Notes under the pieces: generated by a model
The model's input: only the letters and a program-made list of their open reading frames with translations
What the model was told of the DNA's origin: nothing
Databases searched by the model: none
In this document: one piece after another, positions 41,800 through 58,334 of the stretch
Position numbering within the stretch: the stretch's first letter is position 1
How the letters are laid out: each line of letters starts with the position of its first letter
Position numbers and translations under genes: made by a program
Origin: the human T2T-CHM13v2.0 reference genome, Homo sapiens
Strand: one strand, 5' to 3'
DNA length: 64,000 nt
Assembly (NCBI RefSeq): GCF_009914755.1
Contig: NC_060931.1

Positions 41800-42700
41800 A
41801 TACATTCACTTTGCCCAGCAATGGCAGATGCAATATTATTTTCAGAGCCAACATATCACTTGCTAAAGCTGACCACATCTTGAGTCACATAGTAGCCTCA
41901 AAAACTTGCAAAGGATGGGAATTTTCAGAAGATCAATAGCAGAACTAGTAACTAAAAAGTACTCAGATGTCAGTAAATTAATTGGTGCATATTTCAATAA
42001 ACCATGGATCAAAGAGGAAGTAACTATGAAATTCAAAGATATTTTGAATCATCTAATAATGAATAAATAAATAATCTGAATGATAATTAGAACTTATGAT
42101 ATTCAGGCAAATTGGGGCTTAGAGTTACTTAAATGTCACATCCTAAAAGGAGACAGAATAAAATGAATTATCCAGTCTCTCATCTCAATAAGCTAAAAAA
42201 GGGCAGTATATTAAACCCAAAGAGAGTATTAGGAAAGATAAGGCCAGAGATCATAAAAAGGAAAAAATATATATGAAAGAAAATCAATAACCACATGAAT
42301 TTGTTCTTTGGAAATATCAATAAAATTCACGAAATGCTATCAAGGCTGTTTAATGAAAGAGAAAAAAAGAGAGAGCTAGCAATGTTGAAAATGAAAAGTG
42401 GAAATGAACACATATCTTTCAGATATGAAAAGATAAGTGAGCAATGCCAATTTTATGCCAAAAAATTTACTGAAATAGAATATTCATTTGAAAAACAAAA
42501 CAAAGCTGACAGAATAGAAACATATAAACTCAATCATCTTATGTATTTTAAGAGAATTGCATTCATAATTAAAAAAACATTCCAAGACAGTAAACTCCAG
42601 ACTTCACTCATGAATTTTTTCAACTATTTAAATAAAGACAGTGAGAATTTTACCCAAATGATATAATTTAATTATAGGCTAATAAAAATCTGATTAGAAA
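41800..42700 (+). mobile_element. Old L1M ORF2 remnant
   Basis: ataaaccatggatcaaagaggaag; ttgttctttggaaatatcaataaaattc; diverged ORF2-like peptide 42295-42666. Confidence 0.65.
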
Positions 42701-44616
42701 CTTGTATATCATGAGCCTCATAGTTGGGCAATCTGACTGGCCCTTTTCACTTGGAGAACCACTGAAGAAGTCTGAATCTTGCCCCTTTCCTATGCGACTT
42801 GACAGGTTCCCTTTGACAGTTCATTTATTTTTCTTCCTTGTAGATTATAGACCTAGATGGAAGCATTTTAGAAGCTGAAGAAAATCTAAGCATTCATTAA
42901 ATAGATATACATTCAATACCCTGTTTTTAGCACATTAATCTTCACCCTGATAGTCCCTGTTTCTGATACCCCCTGCTCCAGGGATCTACCATTTTACTCT
43001 CCTAGAAAATAAATCTGGCTTCTGCTTAGGTAATCACATACATAGATGGTGTGAGAAAAGGAATCTGGGATATGCAATAAAATTTAAAAGTGCTTTTCAT
43101 TAGTCCTCATGTTTTAACCTAAAGATGTTCACAGGTTTGCCTTTCTTGAACTCTTTTGGAGCTCATTGATAAAAAGATGACTTCTCCACTTTCTCCACTC
43201 TGGCTTAAGCTTTAGCTCTCTCTAATCTGTGACATCAGCTGTCATCATTCATCCATCTCCAGCTTCCAAAACAATATTATTGTTGTATCCTTTCCTATTC
43301 TCTTTGACATTTTTAATACATTCCTAAGAAACACTTTTCTGTTATTTAGTGGAATTTGCCAAATAAGCAAAGGGATATAATGCATACTCAATCTGCCCTC
43401 TTTAAAGCCTAGATCACTTTTCTCAAAGTGTGGTCTGTGGAACTCTGGGGGGTCCCTGAGACATTTTCAGGGTTTTGGCGATCTCAAAACAAATATACAA
43501 ATATCATAACAATGTCAAGATGTCATTTGCCCTTTTCACTGTGTTGGCATCTTGGAATTTTTACTAATTGTGCAAAAGTAATAGTGGGGAAAACCACTGA
43601 CATCTTAGCAAGAATCAAGGAAGTGTTACCAAATAATATGAGCAGCCATTATAGTCTTCATCACAATGTACACACTGTTAAAAAAAAAGTCATTTTCACT
43701 AAGAATGTCTTTGATTAATCAGTAAAATATTATTCACTTTCATTAAATATTGACATGAGTACATTTTTAATATGCTTTGGATTAATGAAAAACATGTATA
43801 AAGGATTTCTGCTGTAAACTGAAGTGTAATTATTATTTCAAGGAAAAACAGTTGTGTGACTAGTTTTATTGAGCTAAACTAGCTGCTTTTTTTTTTTTTT
43901 TTTTTTTGAATGGAATATCGTTCTTTTGTGAAGAACTAAATCAACAGAGTAAATCTGCCACTTCAAGGGAAACTACTCACAATATTGCCAATGATAAAAT
44001 TTGAGCTCTCAAAAAACAAACAAACAAAAAACCTAGAATGATAGGAAACTTGTATCTAACATCGTGTTTGACACTTTCCCAAAACTTAAGGACTTTTCTG
44101 ATCAGATTCATGGTTAAATAGGTGAACATGAGTTTTACTATTATACAATGAAATGTGTCAATATTTGTAAAATCTGCATAAGTTAGGGAACTGATACTTT
44201 TAGATAACTAATTCACGTTACGAAATCAGGCATGGGTGAAAGAACCACTCAAATTTGAAGAGAGACCAAGAGATTTTAGCATAACAGAATACCAAAACTT
44301 CACTGATATGGTTCCAGACTCCAAGCAGCAATTAATCTTTAAAAAAATACCACTTAACTTTTTGTACAATATTAATTCAAAAATTCACAATTAACTGAAA
44401 AGTCTGATTAAATGTTCGCCCCGTTTCTTTCCAACAATGTGTCTATAGGAAGCCAAAATATCTTCATACACTCCAGTTGAGCAGATTGAAAACAGAAGCA
44501 GATGTGAGGAATACAATTGTCTTCCATTAATCTAGAAATTTAAGAATCTTGGAAAATGTACATTTTTTCTTACTAAACTTTTTTCTTCTCCCTAAACAAT
44601 TCTTGTCACTAAACTT

Positions 44617-45397
44617 CCATTTTTCGTTGTCATAAAATATATGTAACATAAAAGTTACTATCTTAACTCTTTTTAAGTGTACAAGTCAACGGAATATAAT
44701 ACAGTGGTAGTTTTATAAAACGGTCACCAACATCTAACTCTATAACTTGTTTCATCCTGGAAAACTGAAACTCTGTACACATTACATAATAATTCCTCAT
44801 TCTCTCCTTCTCCTACCCCCTGCCAACCACTATTCTATTTTCTGTCTTTATGATTTTTACCACCCTAAGTATCTAATATAACTGGAAACATATAGTATTT
44901 GTCTTTTTCTGACTGGTTTATTTCACTTAGCATAATGTACCCTACCTTCATCCGTGTCATAGTGTACTTGATAATTTCCTTTATTTTTAAGACTGAATAA
45001 TATCCATTATATGGATAGATCACATTTTGATTATCCATTCATCTGTTCATGGACACATGGGTTGCTTTCACATTTCAACAATTGTGACTAATGCTGCTGT
45101 GAACATGGGTTTACATATATCTCTTTTAGAGCTTGCTTTCCATTCATTTGAGCATATATCTAGAAGTGGGATCCTGGATCACATAGACGTTATATGTTTA
45201 ATTTTTTGAGGAACTGTTATACTGTTTCAGTAGACAGCCCACAAGGGCTGTATCATTTTACATTCCCACCAACAGTGCATAAGGGTTTTCTCTGCATCCT
45301 CACCAACATTTATGTTCTGTGTCTTTGATAGTGTCCATCTGAATAGGTGTGAAGGGGGATCTCATTGTAGTTGTGCTTTGCATTTCCCTAATAATTA
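44617..45397 (-). mobile_element. L1MB3-like 3' fragment inserted in Charlie1
   Basis: taaaatatatgtaacataaaagttactatcttaac...ctgaaactctgtacacatt; exact TSD tcactaaactt (44606-44616 / 45400-45410). Confidence 0.85.
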
Positions 45398-45774
45398 CCT
45401 CACTAAACTTTTGGAAAATCTAGTTATTTTTGATAACATATTTTTGAGTAGCTAGGTGTTGAAGTGGTCAAGTAAGACAATGAGCCAATCTGAAGGTAAC
45501 CATCAAGGCTTTATTAACCTACTGCAATGTGTAGGCAAAATGCAAAAGAAAAGGGTGCCAGCTTTGCGTTATTGTATTTCCCACAGAGAATGGCACTGAG
45601 TAAGGGTCACATGACATGCAGCACAGGTGGGGTGGTGGGACGAATGTGTTACTCACTACTGAAGAGTCCCAAGAAAAAGAACATTATCTTTGATAGACAC
45701 AGCAGGCTTGAAAGCGGGAGAAGGGAAGGACTAGGAATTGAAAAATACTGAGTCACAATGGAGAAATGTGTCTT

Positions 45775-46408
45775 TGGCAAGCTTCTCCCATTTGGAATGG
45801 CCATATTTACCCAATGCCTGTGCCCTCATTGTATCTAGGAACTGACTAATTTGCTTTTGATTTTACAGGCTCATAGATGGAAGGGACTTGCCTTGTCTCA
45901 GATGAGACTTTGGACTGTGTATTTTTGAGTTAATGCTGAAATGAGTTAAGACTTTGGGGAACTAACTGTTGGGACAGCATGATTGGTTTTGAAATGTGAG
46001 GAAATGAGATTTGGCAGGGGTCAGGTGTGAAATGATATGGTTTGGCTCTGTGTCCCCAAGCAAATCTCATCTTGAATTGTACTCCCATAATTCTAATGTG
46101 TTGTGGGAGGGGCCTGGTGGGAGATAATTGAATCATGGGGGTGGTTTCCCCTATACTGTTCTCATGGTAGTGAATAAGTCTCATGAGATCTGATGGTTGC
46201 ATCATGGGTTTCCATTTTTGCATCTTCCTCATTCTCTATTTGCCTGCCACCATCCATGTAAGATGGGACTTGCTCCTCTTTGCCTTTTGCCATGATTATG
46301 AGGCTTCCCCAGCCATGTGGAACTGTAAGTTCAATTAAACCTCTTTCTTTTGTAAATTGTCCAGTCTCAGTTATGTCTTTATCAGCAGCATGAAAAGGGA
46401 CTAATACA
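45775..46408 (+). mobile_element. THE1B-like internal 3' end (45775-46032) plus LTR (46033-46408)
   Basis: tctcccatttggaatggccatatttacccaatgcc...gtcaggtgtgaaa|tgatatggtttggctctgtgtcccc...gggactaataca. Confidence 0.92.
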
Positions 46409-47626
46409 GTTCCCAAACCTCAATTATTGACTTCTGTGCACCCATAGGCTCAACACCTCATGGAAGCTGCCAAGGCTTGGGGCTTGTGCTCTCTGAAGCC
46501 ATGGACTGAACCTTACCTTGGCCCCTTTTAGCCATGGCTGGAGCACCTGGGATGCAGGGTACCAAGTCCCTACGCTGCACACAGTAGGGAGACCCTGGGT
46601 CTGGCCTGAAAAACCATTTTTTCCTTCTAGGCCTCTGGGCCTGTGGTGGGAGGGGCTGCTGCAAAGGTCTCTGGCATGTTCTGGAGACATTTTCCCCATT
46701 GCTGTGGTGATAAACATTCAGCTCCTCGTTACTCATGCAAATTTCTGCAGCAGGCTTGAATTTCTCCCCAGAAAATCGTTTTTTCTTTTCTATTGCATCA
46801 TCGGACTGCAAATTTTCCAAACTTGTATGTTCTTCTTCCTCCTGAACACTTTGCAGCTTAGAAATTTCTACCACAAGATATCCTAATTCATCTCTCTCAA
46901 GTTCAAATTTCCACAGATTCCTAGGGCAGGGGCAAATGCCACCAGTTTCTCTGTATAGCAAAAGGGACTTTTACTCCTGTTCCCAACAAGTTTCTCATCT
47001 CCATCTGGGACCACCTCAGCCTGGACCTTATTGTCCATATCACAATCAGCATTTTGATCAAAGCCATTCACCAAGTCTCTAGGAAGTTCCAAACTTTCCC
47101 ACATCTTTCTGTCTTTGGAGCCCTCCAAATCTCTAAGAAGTTCCAAACTTTCCCACATTTTCCTGTCTTCTTCTGAGCCCTCCAAAGTGTTTTAACCCCT
47201 GCCTGTTACCCAGTTTCAAATTCTCTTCCTCATTTTTGGGTATCTTTACAGCAGTGCCCCTCTACCTGACACCAATTTACTGTATGTTGCTAATAAAGAC
47301 ATACCCAAGACTGGGCAATTTATGAAGGAAAGAGGTTGAATGGACTCACAGTCCCACATGGCTGGGAAGGCCTCACAATCATGGCAGAAGGTGAAGGAGA
47401 AGGAAAGTCATGTCTTACATGGTAGCAGACAAGAGAGAGCTTGTGCAGGGGAACTCACATTCATAAAACCATCAGATCTCGTGAGACTTATTCACTAGCA
47501 TAAGAACAGTATGGGGGAAACTGCTCCCATGATTCAATTATCTCCACCTGGCCCCACCCTTTACACTTGGGGATTAATACAATTCAAGGTTATATTTGGG
47601 TAGGGACACAGCACGAAACCATATCA
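46409..47626 (-). mobile_element. THE1C-like 5' LTR (47281-47626) plus 5' part of the internal region (46409-47280)
   Basis: MaLR ORF text (MWESLELPRDL...; CPCPRNLWKFELERD); LTR carries THE1C-type aaccttgaattgtattaatcccc and gttcccctgcacaagctctc. Confidence 0.9.
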
Positions 47627-49150
47627 ATGATATTTGGCATCACTATTCAGTATTTAGTAATCAGTATTTGGTGGCACAGTATTCAGATATTTATCTGTGA
47701 GATGCATTTAACAGCTCATTAAATTCAGGGTGATAGAAACTCCCTGGGAAGGCTTACCAATGATTGTGATGTGGCCAAAGTCACAAGGGCTACTATGTGA
47801 GGGAGAAAGGGGAGAATGTTAAGATCCCTTCCTCCTAGCCTCCCGTTTCTAGGTCTTAGGGTTCAAAGGTGCTGATGTTCTATCAGTATAGTGAACTCCT
47901 TCTCATTGATTATTACATGGGCAATCTTTCATTACCATGGGCAAGCATATTGCCCCAGATCCTGCCCTCATGGCCATGAGTCCAAACTTTCTGGCTTGGG
48001 ATCTCTTGTGGGTCAATAAAAGTTTTTAACTGTATATATTGATATTCATCCCATGGGACTATCCAGGAAAAGCAGCATGGCCACTTTAAGGAAAATGTTC
48101 AACTACAGATTTTAAATTGCTTGTCATTATTCTTGAGATCCTTGTGGGCAAAATTTATGCTTTTCACCCAGGGGGTAAATAGAGGAGATTGCTGTCTACC
48201 ACCATTTACTGTTTAATAGCCCTTCTGATTTCCCATAGAATTGAGTTTTCAGGAAGCAGTTAAAATGGTTTGAAGAGACTTTCAGGGCTCACCATGGAGA
48301 CTAAAGTGTGAATAATTGAAAAAAAAATGGGTCAGGGGGAGGGGGGTAGCCAGGCCAAATGTGGTATAAATGAGTATTACTCATTTGAGGAATTGCTGGA
48401 TTGAGATTCCATTCTGCTTGCCTGGGATGTGTAGTCTGGGCTGGGATTATCATGTCCCCTGCTTAAGTCTTCCATTTAATTGTCCATTTAAATACTCAAC
48501 TGCCTCTGTGTCTTGAAGTAACATGTAGCATAGAGAGCACATTTTATGGTCCATGATTGGGCTCATTGATGTGCATCTTCAGCCTCAAACCTGAGGGTGT
48601 TTCCAGATGAAATATTCCAGGGAACCCAAATAGAAAACAAATGTAGTCTTTTAAGGCCTGGATAGTGTGTCTTAAATCAGCAAAACATACAGGGATAACT
48701 AGGTCAAACTAGAGAATGTGTCAACTCCAGTCAGGATCTAATAGAACCCTCTGAAGGGGCAAAAGGCCCAATGCAATTGACCAGACAAAAATACCCCAGC
48801 ATTTTGTCTTGTGAGATTTATCTACAAGCAGTAGCCTTGTAGCCTTGCCTTTTAGCCAAGTCTTTTAGGCTTGGCCAGGATCTTGCAGGTGGGGCAGTTT
48901 TTCCATGCTGTTTTGGGATGTTCTGATAACAGAGTCTGTCCACATCTGTAGGCCCAGCCCTAAATGATGTTTGAATTCCTGTGGGCGTTCTTTAATGAAT
49001 CCAAGAGGCAACTGGTCACACATCTGCTTGCTAAGGAAGAACAATTCAGTCTCCACATTTGGGTAACAAGTGTTGTCTGCTCATTGATTTTTCTTTTCGT
49101 TAGTCAATATAGGGGCCTTTCTGATGAAGATACACATGGGTAACAACTAA

Positions 49151-49412
<262 letters not shown>

Positions 49413-50408
49413 TGAGGCCTACTAGTGTTCCAATCAAATAGCCAGGCCATTAGCTTTGGCCCATAAGTCAGTGAACACAGCACAGCTCATTTGCTGGGGT
49501 GGCTTGGATAGCTAACCACACTGCATGAGGCTCTGTCCATGCAAACCCATCAAGTTGTATACATTAGCTATGTACAACTTTTTCTATATCAATTATTATT
49601 CAATGAAGTGGCTAAAACAAAGAAAGCAAAAAACTTTTAAGCCTTTTTTTTTTTTTTTTTTTTTTTTAGTGGACTTGAGCTCAGACTGAGTTCTGGCCTT
49701 TCTCCCCTATTGTAATCAACTTGGAACGTCTTCCTTGTTTGTTTAATGGTCTCTTGCAATTTTTGCTTTGAAACTGGACACAAGTTTTCTAGAATGGGAG
49801 GGTGTAGAGAGTTGGATGGGGCAACGGACCTAGGATGGGTAGCCCAGTTTCATGCCCAGGATCCCTGGGGGTGATGCAGGGGGGCCTAATCTGGACACAG
49901 TCTGGGATGTTTCTGGGACAGTGGTGCCCAGAAGGCTGCTGCTGGTCTGAACACCATCGCAGTGCCTATGTGCCGGGCTATGCAGTGGTAGAGGTTGTTT
50001 GGAGAGAGGAGGGGGACATGGCCGCCATGCTTACTACTCCACTCTATTCTGGTCGATCTTTAGGAGGGAGTGGCCAGGAGCCACTGTGCCATGGACACTG
50101 ACAGACTAGGGCATGGTGCTCTGTTGCTTTTTCTCTGTTCTCTTGTTGTGGCTGCTGTCAGGGCACTCTGAAGGAGCAGGTATGCAGTAGCATACCCACA
50201 TGTCACTACCTTTTTTGATAAGTTTAATTAAGACTATCCCCTTTGTTGTGTAAACTAACAAACGGAGTCTCAGGGTCTCTTCAGGACACAGGCTACATGA
50301 AATCCTATACATCTCTACACTCTTTTCCACTTACGTTTCAACAATCCACTGCACCATGTGGCATTTACTGGTACCAATAATCTGCTTAGAGTTAAAAACA
50401 GTTGTTGA

Positions 50409-50754
<346 letters not shown>

Positions 50755-51162
50755 TCATTTTTTGGTCCCATCACCAGAGGATTTTTTTTGTAATGGCTAG
50801 AAGACTGCTTCCCTACCTCTCTAAGAACCTGTTAGATCTCTAATTTGACACATCAGCTGAGTTTCCATGGAGCCCCCTTCAGGACGTTTCTGTAAATTTG
50901 GAACACTCCCTAAGACCCGTTCACATGACTGCTGAAATATCCCTTGACATCTGTTAACACTCCTCTGAACTTATTGGTGAGGTACCTCGCCAGACCCAGG
51001 GGCTCTTGCAAATCCAAATCCACCAGCATTCCGTAAGAGTGCCTCATAGAACTCTCAAATGTTTTGCTCTTCCAGAAGGGCATTGTTCTCAGTAGATCAC
51101 CCAACTCAATGTAGTAACTTATCCAGCTGCCAGGGTGCTGAGGTGGTAGATTTAGATAAGTG

Positions 51163-51536
51163 GCCCTAAATCAAGTTTAGCCTAACTTTTCCTCCTTACA
51201 TATTTTAAGTTCAGCCTAAAGGGTTTCTCTGCACGTCGTGAAATATAACCTAAATGGAACTGTAAACAGAGTGTAGCCTACTCCTGTGCCAATCACCGAG
51301 TTTTGGCCAATCAGATGTGACCCACTGTTCAAATCGTGTTCAGATAAGGCAAACGCCGAGCTACAACCAATACAGCTGTTTCTGTACCTCACTTCTGTTT
51401 TCTGTACATCACTTTCCTTTTTCTGTCCATAAAGCTTCTCCCACCACGTGGCTGTGTTGGAGTCTCTGAGTCTCCTCGTTCTTTGCTCAATTAAACTTTT
51501 TAAAACTTTAATTCGGCTGAAGTTTTTTTGGTAACA
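51163..51536 (+). mobile_element. MER57A/B-type ERV1 solo LTR inserted in the ERVL-class LTR
   Basis: aagtttagcctaa...cctccttacatattttaagttcagcctaaagg...ccaatcaccgagttttggccaatca...gctcaattaaac...taaca. Confidence 0.85.
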
Positions 51537-52289
51537 AGCCAAAACAAAAATAACAATCAAGGCTTTATTTATTTACTTCAATAGTGTGGGCGGAGGGCAA
51601 AAGAAAAAGGTGCCAACTCCCCAGTGTGTCATTTTTCTCCATGAAAGGAACGCGGTATGATTTGGATGGCATGTGGCACAGACAGGGAAGGGAAGGAGCT
51701 CACCTTACTGCCAGGAGTCCTGAACAAAACGCTCTTGACTGTTTATAGACTCAGGTAGCTGTTGGGTGCAAGAGGAATAAAGCTAGGAGTTGAAAAGAAA
51801 TTAGAGTGAAGAAAAGTGCCATGTGGAGATCCCCTGAGAGGTGCCTGAGGAATGCAGATGTGCATATGATAGTGGGTTGAGGTGGGAGTGGAGGTGTGAG
51901 TCCTTCACTGCAGCTCCCTCCAGAAAACTGTAACGCACTGGCTGTCCAAGTGAGGTTTGAGGAGGGCAGCTTTCTCCCATGAGGTTTGTCAGGAAAGCTC
52001 TGTCACTGCCTATGATTGTTCCTGAAATACAACCCATTGGATTCTGGCCTGGAGCTGGACTCCACAAACATATCTAATATCATGTTAACATTTAATGAGT
52101 TTATTATATTCAGATAAGGTTGTAAGTAAATATTTCAAAAATTCATCCGTTTTAGTTTTAATATTGCACATATTAATAGATATAACCCACTTAAAGAAAA
52201 CTATTAGGAATCTGTAATAATTTTAAGGGTGTAAAGAGGTTCTGAGACCAAATTTTTTAGGACTACTGCCAGCAGGTTTTTATTTATTT

Positions 52290-53620
52290 ATTTTTCCTAT
52301 CTTTACCATTTTATTTCCTCCTTTTACCTTTTCACACCTGAGACCTTCCTTCTAGGATCATTTTCCTTGTTCCTAAAGTGCACCCTTTATAAATTATTTT
52401 AAGAAAGGTCTCTTGATTGTAAACTCACTTACTACTTACTTGTCTGAAAATATCTTTATTTTACATGCATTTTTAAAAGGTATTTTGACTGAGTATATAG
52501 TACTAGATTAACACAACTTCTCAGGTCTTTGAAGATATTATTTTAATGTTTACCAGATTCCCTTGTTTTCAGTTTTGATCAGTGATCCAGATATCTAATC
52601 ATCATTTATTTGCAGGTAATGTGTTAGCTTTTACCCTCGCGTCTGCCTTTGAGAAATTTTACTTCTACTTGTCATTTAGTTATTTCTCAATTGTGTGTCA
52701 AAGTTGACATCATTTTTCTAATCTTTATTTTTTAAATTTTATGTTTTATTTTTATTCAGCATCCTGAATCTGAATATTGGTGTCCTTCATGTCTTTATTG
52801 CTTTCACATGATCTATATTGCCTAGCTTTAAAAATCCAATTAGAGATATTTTTATCTCATCTCATTATCTTCCATGTTATTTAATATTAACCCCTCATTC
52901 ATATTTTATATCTTTGTCTTTACATGTTTTATTTCTGGTAATTTTTTTCTGACATGTCTTTTTATTCACTAATTTGCTATTCAACAAGGTCAAGTCTGTC
53001 AAGCATAGGAAGTAAAATAATATTCTGTACTTGATAATTATTATGTCTATGTATCTCTCAGCATTTTGACCCAAGTATTAATATGCCTTATGATTTTAAA
53101 AAATATTATGTCCTCATATTGTTTGATTTTTTATTGGTAGAAATTCCTTGATATTTTCATTTGAAGTTCACTTCTTTAGTATATTTGTTTGTCAGGCACC
53201 TAGAAGCACCACCAATTTGGGACTATACTAAAATAAAACTTTGTGTCCTTTGAACAATGCAGGTAGTATGAATTCATAAACTAAATTCAGGTGCATGTGG
53301 ACATTGGTTAGAAATTGTATGTATGCTTACTTCAGATTATCTGCTTTACTTACAGATAATTTGAGAAAGACATATATTCCCATCGTATTTTTTTTCTTTT
53401 CTCTACAAAGTAATATCTCCTGGGGATTCCAGTTTTATGAGGGATGGAATTGGAGGGACTTTCTAATATGGCCTGAAAGTCTTGGCAGTATTCAAGCTCT
53501 GCCTCTTATATTTCAAGGTAGACGCCTGTTAGAAACCAGGATTTATCCTACCAGATATCTCCAGTGGCAGTTCCCCTCTCCTTCTGGAGTAAAGCTTTCT
53601 TAACATTTGTGTAATTGATT
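52290..53620 (-). mobile_element. Old L1ME/HAL1-type ORF1/5' fragments
   Basis: gaccttccttctaggatcattttcctt...tgtctgaaaatatctttatttt; very diverged. Confidence 0.55.
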
Positions 53621-54209
53621 TTCCTGCCATTTTAACCATGGAATAAAAAAATGGAAGATATTTCATGGAGGAATATTCAGTGTATTAAACTGGCAGGAGG
53701 ATTTCCTCTGAAAATTCAGTCAGCATTTGCTAAAAATTTAAGCAAGTGATCTTTCTAAATTTTAAAAGTGATTATTTTACCTAGATGTGTAAAATCTTTC
53801 AATAAATCACCTTAATTTTAGAATAAATTGAAAATTATTATACCTGGTGTCTAAGCCTATTTCTCCAGCTTAATCTCATCACATACCAACTTATGCCTCG
53901 AGTATCCGCAAGTTAGAATGAGGCCTTTGGATTTTTCTGAGTATGGCCTAGTCTCTCAGCCCTTCATTATCATGCTTTGATAATTTCTTTGTTCCTAAAC
54001 CATTTTCCTGGAATTAAACATAGTTTCTAAAATTTTTCTTCTTTTATTTCTGGTTTCCCAACATAAAATTTCTCCTGATTTATTCTATTTTTATTTCTTA
54101 TCTCTGACAATGTGTTTTATTAAATATAGTTTTTGGAGAAAAACCAAATACTTCAACACAATGTATACCTAGATGAAGATCTGGGTATTTATTGAGGCAA
54201 CTTCAATTC

Positions 54210-56507
<2,298 letters not shown>

Positions 56508-58334
56508 AGGCAACTTCAATTCTATGCAAAGGATATTTGGTTGGATTTTGTAAGCACCACTATATAATAACCTTGGCAATATTTGATTAATATCAATCAG
56601 TTAGAAGAAACCTGTTTTATAAGAATAGAAACTTAACATTTATTTTAAAACAAACAAAATAAACGGTCATGATGATATACATACAAGACATTTGAAGGTT
56701 AACTGTTCTTACTTCAATATTCAATTAGTCAATTTAGGCAGTCATTATTCCAACTTAGTAGTTACTTAATTTGAACTACTTGGTTTTGCAACTGAAACTA
56801 CTTAACCTGAATTTATAGGTGAAACACTCTGTGTACACACATAATCTAAGAAACATCTTGCTAAGAGAACTGCATGACATACTAATCTTATGCAGCATGT
56901 TATTCCCTCTTTAACATGTGTAGCTATTTCTGCAGCTGTCCTCAGGACTCTTCATTTTATCTGAGAAAACTATTTTCATAATAAAAACACTACTGAACTT
57001 GTTATGTACATGTTAGTTTATAAAAATCAGAATCAATTCATATTTATGGCTAATATGAAGAAAATGTGAATTATTATCTGCTAAAATATTTGGACTACTT
57101 TTTTTTCAAATAACCTCAGAATACATTAAGCTGTAATAATACAATGATGTTTGATAGATATTAGTAATTATGAAGGTAACTTCAATGACGGTAATATAAT
57201 TTCTACATCAGACAGGGTCATTTTAGATTCAGAGGTAGTATGAATATTGTGGCCCCAGACAAGAGGCAGTTTTATATATCTGTGTTGCATTATTGTTACT
57301 CCTCTTTCACAAGATTAAAGCTAATCTGTTCCTAAAGGCTTTTCTGTGTTCTTTAAATGTGTTTCAAGGGAGGTATGGATAGATAAACCTGAAAAATTAT
57401 GAAAAGAATTGAAGAAAATCAGTACATTTATTTGTTTTCTTTGTATATGCTATTATATACCATTATATGCTATAGAAAATATGCAAAACTCAAACATCTA
57501 TTTCCTAAAATTATTAAAAATCTGTTAATCAGAGTTTGATGGTCTAATCTTAACCAATTGTGCCTTCTTAGAACTGGTAGAAAATAAATAAATAATAATT
57601 ACATAAGCTCCTAATGTCTATCTAGACTACTGTTCACACCCAGCACACTATCGTCCAATTAAAGATCACTATAATGGTTAGTCCTGATTTTAGCCAAGAG
57701 GAAAAGCTTCTCAAAATTATTGTATATGTTTTTCATGCATGTCTGAAGGAGCTCTTTCCAAAATGAATAATTCCAAATAACCTGTTATAAAAGAAAATGT
57801 CTTTAGTAATTACAGATTTTTCTCCTAAATGTGAGAATTTCAACCATCATTTTCAGTTGCCTCTTATTAAATACATACAGATTTTAAGCGTTGTTGAAGT
57901 GATTTCTTAAGTAATGATAATGTTTACAGTAATACAAAAGAATTTGTTAGCTGCCTGAACAGCTCAAAGTTTAAGATGTAATGACAACACAAATTAAATA
58001 TTATGAATAAAAGATAATCAAGCATTATGATTTTAGAAAATATCTCATTTTCATTTCTCCTCAAATAATGTTTTATTTTTGAATCCCCTATTTTTAAAAA
58101 GATGCTTAAAGTATTCATTTTCTATGTATTTTCATAAAATATTCACTAAATGCTAGCTATCTTTCTGGAGTAATTTCATGTTTTAAACCCATTTTTGAGT
58201 TGTGTTATTTCTTATACTGCATTTGCTCCAAAAGATGGCACAGATTTTTTTTCACTCTAAACTGCATGACTGATAGCGTTTTATTTGATATATTCTATTT
58301 CTTTCATTATACAACTCACATATAAATAAACAAA

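Noticed and set aside
46424-47185. 167-aa and neighbouring ORFs
   Set aside because: THE1 (MaLR) internal ORF remnants, frameshifted and truncated.
45775-47626. Simple internal inversion of one THE1 provirus
   Set aside because: The two LTRs carry different subfamily-level blocks, and the junction falls exactly on an LTR terminus, as expected for a second integration.
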